Program-made: the position numbers and the translations under genes
In this document: positions 8,672 through 16,531 of the stretch, in pieces
Position numbering within the stretch: position 1 is the stretch's first letter
How the letters are laid out: every line of letters starts with the position of its first letter
The notes under the pieces: generated by a model
Databases searched by the model: none
Told to the model about the DNA's origin: nothing
What the model saw: only the letters and a program-made list of their open reading frames with translations
NCBI GenBank assembly: GCA_039714075.1
Contig: JBDLKA010000026.1
Span: forward strand, 1 to 36,662
DNA from: Candidatus Krumholzibacteriota bacterium
GTDB taxonomy: Bacteria; Krumholzibacteriota; Krumholzibacteriia; LZORAL124-64-63
Direction: 5' to 3'
Length of the DNA stretch: 36,662 nucleotides

Positions 8672-10237
8672 TCAATCCTGGGGATGGGCCTTGATCCACT
8701 TGTCGTAGACCGAGAGCAGCACCACCGAAACCATGGCCAGGCCGGCGAAGATCACCCACATGACGTTGGTGTTGTCCACGCCTCCGCGCTCGATCGGGCC
8801 GAAGTGCTGGTACAGCCCGCCGCTCAGCAGCCCGCCGAACAGGTTGCCCAGCGCAACGCACCAGTAGAAGTAGCCCATGTACATGCCGACCTTGTTCGGC
8901 GGCGCGATGTTGCCGGCGTATTCCTTGGACCGCGGGCTGGCCAGCATCTCGCCGATCGAAAACACCAGCACCGCGATGACGATGATCCAGCCGCCCTGCC
9001 CGATCAGGTAGAGCAGGAAGCTGAGCACCGTGATGAAGCTACCCAGGATGATGCAGGTCAACGGCGCCAGTTTCCGCACCGAGTAGGCGATGGCCACCTG
9101 GCCGACGATGATGCCCAGGGCGTTCAGGTTGATCAGGTGCTCGGGCTTGACCTGGCCGTGTTCGAGCACCGCCCGGCCCCATTCGGCGGTATTCAACCCC
9201 ATGGATTCCGCCACACCGGTGATCCAGTTGGCCACCGGCCCCAGGCTGTGGATCAGGTCGCTGGTGTCGGCATAGTCGCGGATGTATTCGGGCAGCGTCA
9301 TGAAGATCTGGTTGAAGCTGGTCCAGAAGAAGGCCATCAGCACCAGGAAGACGAGGTAGCGGCCCTCGCCCACCTGCATCGGTTCGAGGAACCAGGAACG
9401 GGAAACGTTGGGAGAGCGCTTCATGCCCCGGGTGGCGAAATCCCAGGCGAAGTTGGCGATCAGCCATCCCCCCGCCAACGGCAGGTAGACCCGTGGTTCC
9501 AGCCACTTCGAACCCATGACCAGCAGGAACAAAAGACCGGCGATGAGCACGAAGAACCGGCCGTTGCCCACCACGCCGATCATGCCGCTGAAAACCTCGC
9601 CCAGGGAGCGTTGCCCTTCGGCTTCCGCATCACGCGGCGGCTCCTTGTAGACCAGCATGGCGATCACGCCCATCAGCACGATCCAGCCCGCCGAACAGTA
9701 GAAGACGTACTGCCAGTCCCAGCCGCGGACGATGCCCGCCACGATCGGGCCCAGGAAACCGCCGATGTTGACCATCATGTAGAAGATGCCGAAGCCCATG
9801 CTGCCGGTTTTCTCGGTGGTGGACTTGGCGACCGTCGAGATCACTACGGGCTTGAACATGCCGTGGCCGATGGCGACCAGGAAGTAGACGGCCAGAAAAC
9901 CCCAGAAGCCGTTGGGTATGCCGAGCAGCAAATAGCCGGGGATCATCACCAGGCAGGACGACAGGAACATGCGCTTGAAGCCGTAGCGGTCGGCCAGGGC
10001 ACCGAAGACCGCCGGAAACAGATACAGGAAAAAGGTGGCCAGACCCTGGATGACCCCGCGGTCCTCGCTGGAAAGGCCCAGACCTCCGTCAGCCACGGCC
10101 CCGGTCAGGTAAAGGCTGCTGACGGCGTAGAAACCGTACCAGCCCATCCGTTCGAATATTTCCATGACGTTGGCGGCCCAGAAGGACGACGGGAACTGCT
10201 TCCAGATCGATACTTTGGGAGTGGCGGCGTTTTCCAA
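8672..10237 (-). CDS. MFS transporter, POT/peptide-transporter-like
   Basis: EIFERMGWYG (ExxER-like), GALADRYG, GMFKP, FYMMVNIGG. More than 12 TM helices. Confidence 0.85.
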   Translation of the reverse strand: MENAATPKVSIWKQFPSSFWAANVMEIFERMGWYGFYAVSSLYLTGAVADGGLGLSSEDRGVIQGLATFFLYLFPAVFGALADRYGFKRMFLSSCLVMIPGYLLLGIPNGFWGFLAVYFLVAIGHGMFKPVVISTVAKSTTEKTGSMGFGIFYMMVNIGGFLGPIVAGIVRGWDWQYVFYCSAGWIVLMGVIAMLVYKEPPRDAEAEGQRSLGEVFSGMIGVVGNGRFFVLIAGLLFLLVMGSKWLEPRVYLPLAGGWLIANFAWDFATRGMKRSPNVSRSWFLEPMQVGEGRYLVFLVLMAFFWTSFNQIFMTLPEYIRDYADTSDLIHSLGPVANWITGVAESMGLNTAEWGRAVLEHGQVKPEHLINLNALGIIVGQVAIAYSVRKLAPLTCIILGSFITVLSFLLYLIGQGGWIIVIAVLVFSIGEMLASPRSKEYAGNIAPPNKVGMYMGYFYWCVALGNLFGGLLSGGLYQHFGPIERGGVDNTNVMWVIFAGLAMVSVVLLSVYDKWIKAHPQD

Positions 10238-10262
10238 GGTCGCTCCTGTTCGATGGTTGATT

Positions 10263-11216
10263 TCAGGGAAGCGGCAAACGGTCCACGGCCTGGCCGTAAC
10301 CGTCCAACAGGCGGTCCATGATCTCCTGCGCCGTCGGAATGTCGTCGATCAGCCCCGACACCTGGCCGATTTCGAGTTCGCCCTCGTCCAGGTCGCCCTC
10401 GAGCATGCCCCGGCGCGCGCGGCCGGTGCCGAGTTCGGAAGCCAGGTCTTCGCGCGTGGCCCCCGCGGATTCCAGGGCGGTGATCCTGTCACGAAAAGCG
10501 TTTTTCAGCAAGCGAACCGGCACGTGGGCCTTGAGGACCAGATGGGTGTCCCCCGGTCCGGCGTCGACCACGGCCTGTTTGAAAAGGTCGTGTCCGCTCG
10601 ATTCCACCGAGGCCGCAAACCGGGAACCGATCTGCACACCCTCGGCGCCCAGGGCCATCGCGGCAGCCATCTGCTGTCCCGTGGCGATGCCCCCCGCGGC
10701 GATCACGGGAATATCCACGGCCGCCACGCATTCGGGCACCAGAACCATGGTGGTGATCTCTTCGCGCCCGTTGTGCCCTCCGGCTTCGAACCCCTCGCAG
10801 ACGACGGCGTCGCAGCCGGCATCCCGGCACTTCCGCGCCAGAAAGGGATTGGCCACCACGTGGACCGAAACAGCCCCGGCATCCTTCAAGGGTCCGATGA
10901 CTTTCCGGGGCGACCCGGCCGAGGTGAAAAAGATCTTGATCCCTTCAGCCAAGGCAATTTCCAGGCACTCCGGGCTGTGCGGGTACAGCAGGGGGATGTT
11001 GACCCCGAAATCCCGGCCGGTAAGGGTCCGGGCCTTGCGGATCTGGTCGCGAAACAGATCCGGACGCATGCTGCCTGCCCCGATCAGCCCCAGACCGCCG
11101 GCTTCGGACACGGCGGCGGCCAACTTGGCGCCGCTGTTGCAGATCATGCCGCCCTGGATGATCGGGTGATCGATTCCCAGCAAACGGCAGATCCGGTTGT
11201 CTCCCCAATTTTTCAT
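10263..11216 (-). CDS. Nitronate monooxygenase / FabK-like FMN oxidoreductase
   Basis: HPIIQGGM, AVSEAGGLG, EGFEAGGH, AAGGIATG, GVQIGSRF, GQVSGLI. Start set at ATG 11216 (MKNWG). Confidence 0.87.
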   Translation of the reverse strand: MKNWGDNRICRLLGIDHPIIQGGMICNSGAKLAAAVSEAGGLGLIGAGSMRPDLFRDQIRKARTLTGRDFGVNIPLLYPHSPECLEIALAEGIKIFFTSAGSPRKVIGPLKDAGAVSVHVVANPFLARKCRDAGCDAVVCEGFEAGGHNGREEITTMVLVPECVAAVDIPVIAAGGIATGQQMAAAMALGAEGVQIGSRFAASVESSGHDLFKQAVVDAGPGDTHLVLKAHVPVRLLKNAFRDRITALESAGATREDLASELGTGRARRGMLEGDLDEGELEIGQVSGLIDDIPTAQEIMDRLLDGYGQAVDRLPLP

Positions 11217-11322
11217 GGGCGGGATTCTACCACGGCAACACGTTTTGCAACCAACATTTCCAACTCTCGTTTGTATACACGGATGGGAGAGATCATTTTC
11301 ATCATTATGGAGGGGGAATTCA

Positions 11323-11673
11323 ATGCGAATCAATATCCAGCACAAAGGCGATATCTCAGTGGTCAATCTGGCGGGAGATTTCGACGGGGGAAAAGACTGC
11401 GAGAAATTCCAGAACACGATCAGCGGCCTGCTTGACGACGGCTGCCGCAAGTTCATTCTCAGCTTTTCGTTGATCCGCTGGATCAATTCCTGCGGTCTGG
11501 GCAAAATTGTGGCCATCCACACGGAAGTCACGGACCGGGGCGGCCGGGTGATCCTGTGCAATCTGGAAGGCCGGCCTTTGAGTGTCATTTACACGGCCCG
11601 GCTCTTCGAGGTTTTCGAAGTCAGGGATTCTCTCCGCAAGGCCCTGAACGAATTCGAGACCGTCGCGTCCTGA
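11323..11673 (+). CDS. STAS-domain anti-sigma-factor antagonist
   Basis: 116 aa with RBS GGAGG. LAGDFD and WINSCGLG (phosphorylatable Ser motif), LFEVFE. Confidence 0.85.
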   Translation: MRINIQHKGDISVVNLAGDFDGGKDCEKFQNTISGLLDDGCRKFILSFSLIRWINSCGLGKIVAIHTEVTDRGGRVILCNLEGRPLSVIYTARLFEVFEVRDSLRKALNEFETVAS

Positions 11674-11730
11674 GTGGGTGAATGATGGCGAAATACCGGT
11701 AATTATCTGAAATTGTATTGTCACCAGGTG

Positions 11731-11755
11731 GGCGGTGGCCCGGACGGGCACCGCC
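11731..11755. other. GC-rich hairpin between the STAS and HEAT genes
   Basis: GGCGGT-g-GCCC-ggac-GGGC-ACCGCC. No U-tract. Confidence 0.4.
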
Positions 11756-11809
11756 GGCCGCGTCCCTGTATCTTTGCGACCTTGACCAATTCCAGGAAAG
11801 GGGAGCCGC

Positions 11810-12595
11810 ATGACCACCGACCTCCAATCCCTCACGTCCCTGTTCACCAGCTCCGATCCCGAAAAAATCCGCCAGGCCATGCAAATGGTCCGGGAGGAAG
11901 TGTCCCGCGTCGGCAGCGACCAGGCCCGCCCCCTGTTCCAGATGGTCTCCTCGCTTTTCTACATCGATCCCCACGACGATCCCGAGCTGGCGGCCATCCT
12001 GGACGAGGCGATCTCCCTGGTCACCGGTTTCGGCCGGTGGGTCATTCCCCATCTGGTGGACAACCTGGACCAGGGCGACCTCAAGGCGCAGATGGCCTCG
12101 GCCGAAGCCCTGGGACGTATCGGCGCCGACGCGGTCGATCCCCTGGTGGAGAAGTACCACGCCACCCGGGATCCCGAAAGCCGGTCCTTTGTGCTGTATG
12201 CCCTGGGCAAGATCAACTCGCCGCAGGTGGGCCGGGCGGCCGACCTGGCCCTGGCCGGGGCGCGGTCACCGAATCTGGAATTGCGGGACACCGCCACCCG
12301 CACGATCGGCCGGTTCGCCGCGGTGATCCCCGCCGACCTGCTCAGTCCCGACATCCTGGACAGCTACTACGAATGCCTGCGCGCCAACCTCGCCGACCCC
12401 AACAAGGGCGTGAAGGCCAAAGCCGTGCGCAGCCTGGGCAAGCTGGCCCGGTTCGGACACCTGGATCCCGGCCGGAAGGAAGAGTTGAAGGTCATCGCCT
12501 TGAATCTGCTGGGCGAGGATGACGAATTCCGCTGGGACCGGACCTTCGTCGTTAGGCGGGAGGCACGGGAGGCGCTGGATTACTTTCAGGAGTGA
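11810..12595 (+). CDS. HEAT-repeat protein
   Basis: Repeated ASAEALGRIG, VLYALGKI, ATRTIGRF, AVRSLGKL helical hairpins. RBS GGGAG. Confidence 0.82.
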   Translation: MTTDLQSLTSLFTSSDPEKIRQAMQMVREEVSRVGSDQARPLFQMVSSLFYIDPHDDPELAAILDEAISLVTGFGRWVIPHLVDNLDQGDLKAQMASAEALGRIGADAVDPLVEKYHATRDPESRSFVLYALGKINSPQVGRAADLALAGARSPNLELRDTATRTIGRFAAVIPADLLSPDILDSYYECLRANLADPNKGVKAKAVRSLGKLARFGHLDPGRKEELKVIALNLLGEDDEFRWDRTFVVRREAREALDYFQE

Positions 12596-12643
12596 TGAAC
12601 AACGGGTTGATCTTATGTTTGGATTTTTGTCCGATTTGACGAA

Positions 12644-12663
12644 AAGTGCCCCCGGGGGCACTT
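12644..12663. terminator. Perfect 20-bp palindrome between convergent genes (terminator or operator)
   Basis: AAGTGCCCCC|GGGGGCACTT. Confidence 0.5.
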
Positions 12664-12767
12664 CTAGCACAACGCTTCCCGCGCCGAATCGAGCATTTCC
12701 TGAACCGTGGATTTCCCTGGAACTTCACCTTCAAGCCATAGTCCGCCTCCCTGGTCCTCTCTGAAAT

Positions 12768-13331
12768 TCAGAGGCCCAGTTCCTCCCCCACGGGTACGAG
12801 GGCTTCCAGTACATGGGTGATCACCTCGTCCAGCTCAAGCCCCAGGTCCGCAGCCCCCTCGCGGATCTCCTCCCGGTTCACCTTGGCCGCGAAATCCTTC
12901 TTCTTCAGCTTCTTCTTCACCGATTTGACCTTCACCTGGGCGATTTTCTTATCGGGCTGGACCATGGCGCAGGCCATGCAGAACCCGCATAGCTCATCCA
13001 CGGCGAACAGCCAGCTGGAGCAGTCGTTTTCGCGGGGAACGCCGGTGTAACTCGCATGAGAAAGGATGGTGCGCACGAACTCCTCGGGATACCCCCGCTC
13101 GCGCAGGATGTCCGCCCCCTTGAGCGGATGGTCAGGTGCCTCGGGATGCATCTCGTAGTCGAAGTCGTGCAGCAGACCGACCGCCGACCAGTAGGAGACA
13201 TCGCCGCCGGTCCGCTCGGCGGCCGCTTTCATGGCCGCCTCGACCGCGTAGGCGTGCCGACGAAGGCCGTCGGTCTTGGTGTATTCATGCAGCAGGGCCA
13301 GGGTTTGGTCGCGATCGTAGAGATCACTCAT
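12768..13331 (-). CDS. HD/HDIG-domain metal-dependent phosphohydrolase
   Basis: RRHAYAVE, GLLHDFDYE, HPLKG, ILSH, AVDELCG. Confidence 0.87.
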   Translation of the reverse strand: MSDLYDRDQTLALLHEYTKTDGLRRHAYAVEAAMKAAAERTGGDVSYWSAVGLLHDFDYEMHPEAPDHPLKGADILRERGYPEEFVRTILSHASYTGVPRENDCSSWLFAVDELCGFCMACAMVQPDKKIAQVKVKSVKKKLKKKDFAAKVNREEIREGAADLGLELDEVITHVLEALVPVGEELGL

Positions 13332-13379
13332 GGGTTACGCCTCCGGGTCGGGGTCCGGTCCGAGCATATCACATTCGGC

Positions 13380-14117
13380 CTACAACTGAAGATCGTCGTG
13401 ATGATCCACCAGCCATTTCATCCACTTGCGGTGGTCCGGACAGACCTTGTCCAGCAGGGCGTAGAAGCGGCGGCTGTGATTCATGTGGGCCAGGTGGCAT
13501 ATCTCATGGGCCACCACCGCGTCGATCGCCTCGGGTGCAGCCATGACCAGGCGATAGCAGTACGAGATTGTGCCCCGCGCCGAACAGCTGCCCCAGCGGC
13601 TGGTGCGGTCGCCGACGATCATCTTGCGGGGAAAAAGGCCGATGCGGTCCGACCAGTAGGCCGTGCGTTCGGTTAAATCCTTGCGGGCCAGACGGCGCAG
13701 GTATTTTTCCAGGATGGGCCGGATCTCGAAGACATCGGCGGGAGCCAGGGCCAGCGACAGGGTGTCGTCAGCCAGTTCGACAACGGGCCGCTTCCTGCCA
13801 TTTGGCAGATTGGATACTGCCAAATGGCGAGGCCGGCCCAGTACCAGAATCTCGCTGCCGCCGGCGTACTGACGGATCAGTGGGCCGTGGCGAACCCCCA
13901 GTTCATCGGCCTTGGCGTCGATCCAGTCCGCCCAGTGCTCCAGCAGTTCCGGCACGACTTTCAGACCGACCTTCTGCGGCAGAATGATGACCACTCCGTC
14001 CCGCTTGCAGACCCGGACCCCCAATTTGCGGGCCCGGCGGCTGCGCCGGACCCGGTAACGAACGGGTTTGCCCTTGATCAGGGTCAGGGTGGTTCGGTCG
14101 GGCAGTCGGTCGGTCAA
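13380..14117 (-). CDS. YgjP/DUF45-like zinc metallohydrolase (M48-like)
   Basis: SRWGSCS, VVAHEICHLAHMNHSRRFY (HExxH). Confidence 0.87.
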   Translation of the reverse strand: MTDRLPDRTTLTLIKGKPVRYRVRRSRRARKLGVRVCKRDGVVIILPQKVGLKVVPELLEHWADWIDAKADELGVRHGPLIRQYAGGSEILVLGRPRHLAVSNLPNGRKRPVVELADDTLSLALAPADVFEIRPILEKYLRRLARKDLTERTAYWSDRIGLFPRKMIVGDRTSRWGSCSARGTISYCYRLVMAAPEAIDAVVAHEICHLAHMNHSRRFYALLDKVCPDHRKWMKWLVDHHDDLQL

Positions 14118-15463
14118 GCGGCGGCGGCCTTTCCTTCATCGAGTTTTTTGGTCACGGCGATGAATACCAGCAGGGCGATCAGCGAGATCAACCCGACCCC
14201 CACATAGGCGTACCACAGGTAATGGGCCTGCGAGTATTCCACCGGCATGGGTCCCTGCCCCAGCAGCGCTGCGTCATGGGCCGCCTTCACCGCGGGTTCG
14301 AGGGTGCCCGGCTCCGGGCAATACTTCTGCAGCAGGAAACCGGAGAAGACGAATCCGAAGATCCAGGCGAAGAAGGTGTTCATGTGGGCAAAACCAAGAA
14401 AGGTGCCTTCCTTGCCCGGAGGCGCCTGCAGCGAAGCGAACTCCAGCCACTTGGGGCTGAGGAAACATTCGGCCAGACCCTGGATGGAGATGCCGATGAT
14501 CATCATGAAGGTGATCGGATGCATCTCGAACCCGAAGACGTTCACGTTGCCGTCGAACCAGGCCGAGGCCGCCATGGCCACGGCGGACAACGGAATCATG
14601 CACATGGCCACCAGGATCGCATTCTGGGGTTTCCAGTTGCGGACCATCTGCGTGATCATCACCACGAAAATGACCACCACCAGGGGGTTGATGTTGGCGT
14701 ACCACTCCGGTTTGTAGGTTTCACCGGCCATGCGCAGCACGTAATCGGGCATCGAAGCGTAGAGCTGTCCCTGGATGGCCCAGAAGCCCGCCGTGATCAG
14801 GATCAGCGCGAAAAAACGCCCATTGCTCATGGCCATCCACATTCCCTCGAGGGTCTCCTTCACGGTGCGGGATTTTTCGTCATGGCTTTCCCGCGGGAAA
14901 TAGATCAGGGCCACCAGGATCAAGGCCAGCAGGGAGGCCCCGGCGGAGAAGAAGGGCACCGTCTCGACACCCATCTGGATACGCATGGGCGCCACCACCG
15001 TCTTGCCGGTAAACGATCCGATGTTGACCACCATGTAGAATATGCTGAAGGCCCGCGCCCGGTTGGCCTCGTCTGAGGACTTGCTCACCGTACCGGTAAT
15101 CACGGGTTTGACAAAAGCCCCGCCCAGGACGATCAGCACCAGGCCCACGATCACGGGCCCCAGGGTGTGGAAGAAACCCAGGGTCCCGTAGCCAAGCGTC
15201 AGCAAGGCGAAGGCCAACATCAGGGCGTTGCGGAATCCCATGCGATCGGCCATGGCGCCGGTAAAGAAAGGTACCAGGTAGATCCAGCCGCCGAACATGC
15301 CGGCGGTCAGCCCGGCCTGGACATCGTCCAGACCGACGACCCGGATCAGATAGGTCCGCAGGGCGATGAAGGTTCCGTAATAGGCGGCGCGTTCGCACAG
15401 TTCGGCGGCGTTGCCGGTCCAGAACATGCGGGGGAAGCGCCAGGTTTGTGCGCCTTGGCTCAT
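14114..15463 (-). CDS. MFS transporter, POT/peptide-transporter-like
   Basis: ELCERAAYYG, GAMADRMG, AFVKP, FYMVVNIGS. RBS AGGAGA 6 nt before ATG 15463. Confidence 0.85.
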   Translation of the reverse strand: MSQGAQTWRFPRMFWTGNAAELCERAAYYGTFIALRTYLIRVVGLDDVQAGLTAGMFGGWIYLVPFFTGAMADRMGFRNALMLAFALLTLGYGTLGFFHTLGPVIVGLVLIVLGGAFVKPVITGTVSKSSDEANRARAFSIFYMVVNIGSFTGKTVVAPMRIQMGVETVPFFSAGASLLALILVALIYFPRESHDEKSRTVKETLEGMWMAMSNGRFFALILITAGFWAIQGQLYASMPDYVLRMAGETYKPEWYANINPLVVVIFVVMITQMVRNWKPQNAILVAMCMIPLSAVAMAASAWFDGNVNVFGFEMHPITFMMIIGISIQGLAECFLSPKWLEFASLQAPPGKEGTFLGFAHMNTFFAWIFGFVFSGFLLQKYCPEPGTLEPAVKAAHDAALLGQGPMPVEYSQAHYLWYAYVGVGLISLIALLVFIAVTKKLDEGKAAAA

Positions 15464-15628
15464 GGGCATTCTCCTGAGGGAGGATTGACGGATTGGCGTG
15501 CGTTGGTTTCCGCCGCACAGTGTAAGGGTTCGGAGGGAATTTGTTAAGAATAGAGTTAAACCGGGAAATTCAGCCCGTCGAACCGCTTCCGCGAACGTCA
15601 ACGGACGGGGACGGTTCCCGCAAATCGG

Positions 15629-16531
15629 TCAATGTTGGTTTCCCCACATCATCTCCCCCGCCGTTACCGCCACCGGCAGGGTGTTGCCCGCCGCGGGCAG
15701 CGGACAGGTGGCGAAGGGCGTAAAGACACAGGGCGGATTGTATGTCCGGTTGAAATCCAGGATCACCGTCCCGTCGGCCGCGGGCGGATCGACGGTCAGG
15801 AAACGGCCCCCCGCATAGGTTGTCTTCCCGTTGGTGGCGTCCCCGAAAACCAGGGACATCCGCTCGCCGGGTGCGCCGGTGGGCGTCAGCCGGAATTCCT
15901 GTTTGTCGATGGTAAAGACCAGAACGCCTGGGCTGGGCGATGCCGTCCGATGCCCAACCACATTGGGCACGTTGATGGTGGCGGGACCCGGCTCGAGGTG
16001 CGCCGTCAGCCGCCAGTGGACATCCACCGGAAAACGCTCGATACCCTGGAATGACTGCAATACTTCCGACTTGCGGTCCTTCACCCGCAGAAACAGCTTT
16101 CCGTCGCGATCGATGACGTAAAAGACCATCGAACCGGTCGCCAGCCTGGTCGGCGGGCCCTCCTTGTCCGTGGCCAGGGTGCAACTCGACAGCCGGCCCT
16201 CGGTCGGGGATTCAAGCACCTCGACTTCCGCGTCCGGATGGGCCGAAAACATGATCTGCTCACTGGTCACCGCGAGCGTGCCGAGCCAGTAGGGCGCACC
16301 CGCGGCCAGGGTGACGTCGGCGTCCGCACTGGCTCCCAGAGAGTTGGCACCTTCGGCCAGGGGATGCAGGCCGACCAGGGTCAGCCACCCCGTGTCGCTG
16401 CGCAGGCGTTCGGTGCGTTCGGCATGCCACTGGTCAATCTCGGCCATGTATTCAGGGCTTGTCTTTTCCCCGCCGCAGCCGGCGATCAGCAAAAACACCC
16501 CGAATATCCCTGCCCATTTCCCCATGGTCAT
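15629..16531 (-). CDS. DUF1684-family lipoprotein
   Basis: Lipobox LIAG-C; GWLTLVGL, FGDATNGKTTYAGGRFL, LDFNRTYNPPCVFTPFATCPLP. ATGA overlap with the kinase stop. Confidence 0.85.
   Translation of the reverse strand: MTMGKWAGIFGVFLLIAGCGGEKTSPEYMAEIDQWHAERTERLRSDTGWLTLVGLHPLAEGANSLGASADADVTLAAGAPYWLGTLAVTSEQIMFSAHPDAEVEVLESPTEGRLSSCTLATDKEGPPTRLATGSMVFYVIDRDGKLFLRVKDRKSEVLQSFQGIERFPVDVHWRLTAHLEPGPATINVPNVVGHRTASPSPGVLVFTIDKQEFRLTPTGAPGERMSLVFGDATNGKTTYAGGRFLTVDPPAADGTVILDFNRTYNPPCVFTPFATCPLPAAGNTLPVAVTAGEMMWGNQH

Noticed and set aside
8540..10321. Long antisense ORFs (593 aa here; also 25902-27788, 33027-34757, 16828-18150 and others)
   Set aside because: Shadow frames of GC-rich genes on the opposite strand, with no recognisable motifs.
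11233..11250. Sigma54 promoter (CGGCAACACGTTTTGCA)
   Set aside because: GG-to-GC spacing is 11 nt, not the strict 10.
11769..11776. Bacteroidota-type -7 promoter TATCTTTG before the HEAT gene
   Set aside because: Single short match with no -33 TTTG element; not enough support.
11705..12773. TCTGAAATT(GT) matches to the MITE TIR near 11706 and 12760
   Set aside because: Only 10-11 bp, same orientation, with no partner TIR or target duplication; likely chance.
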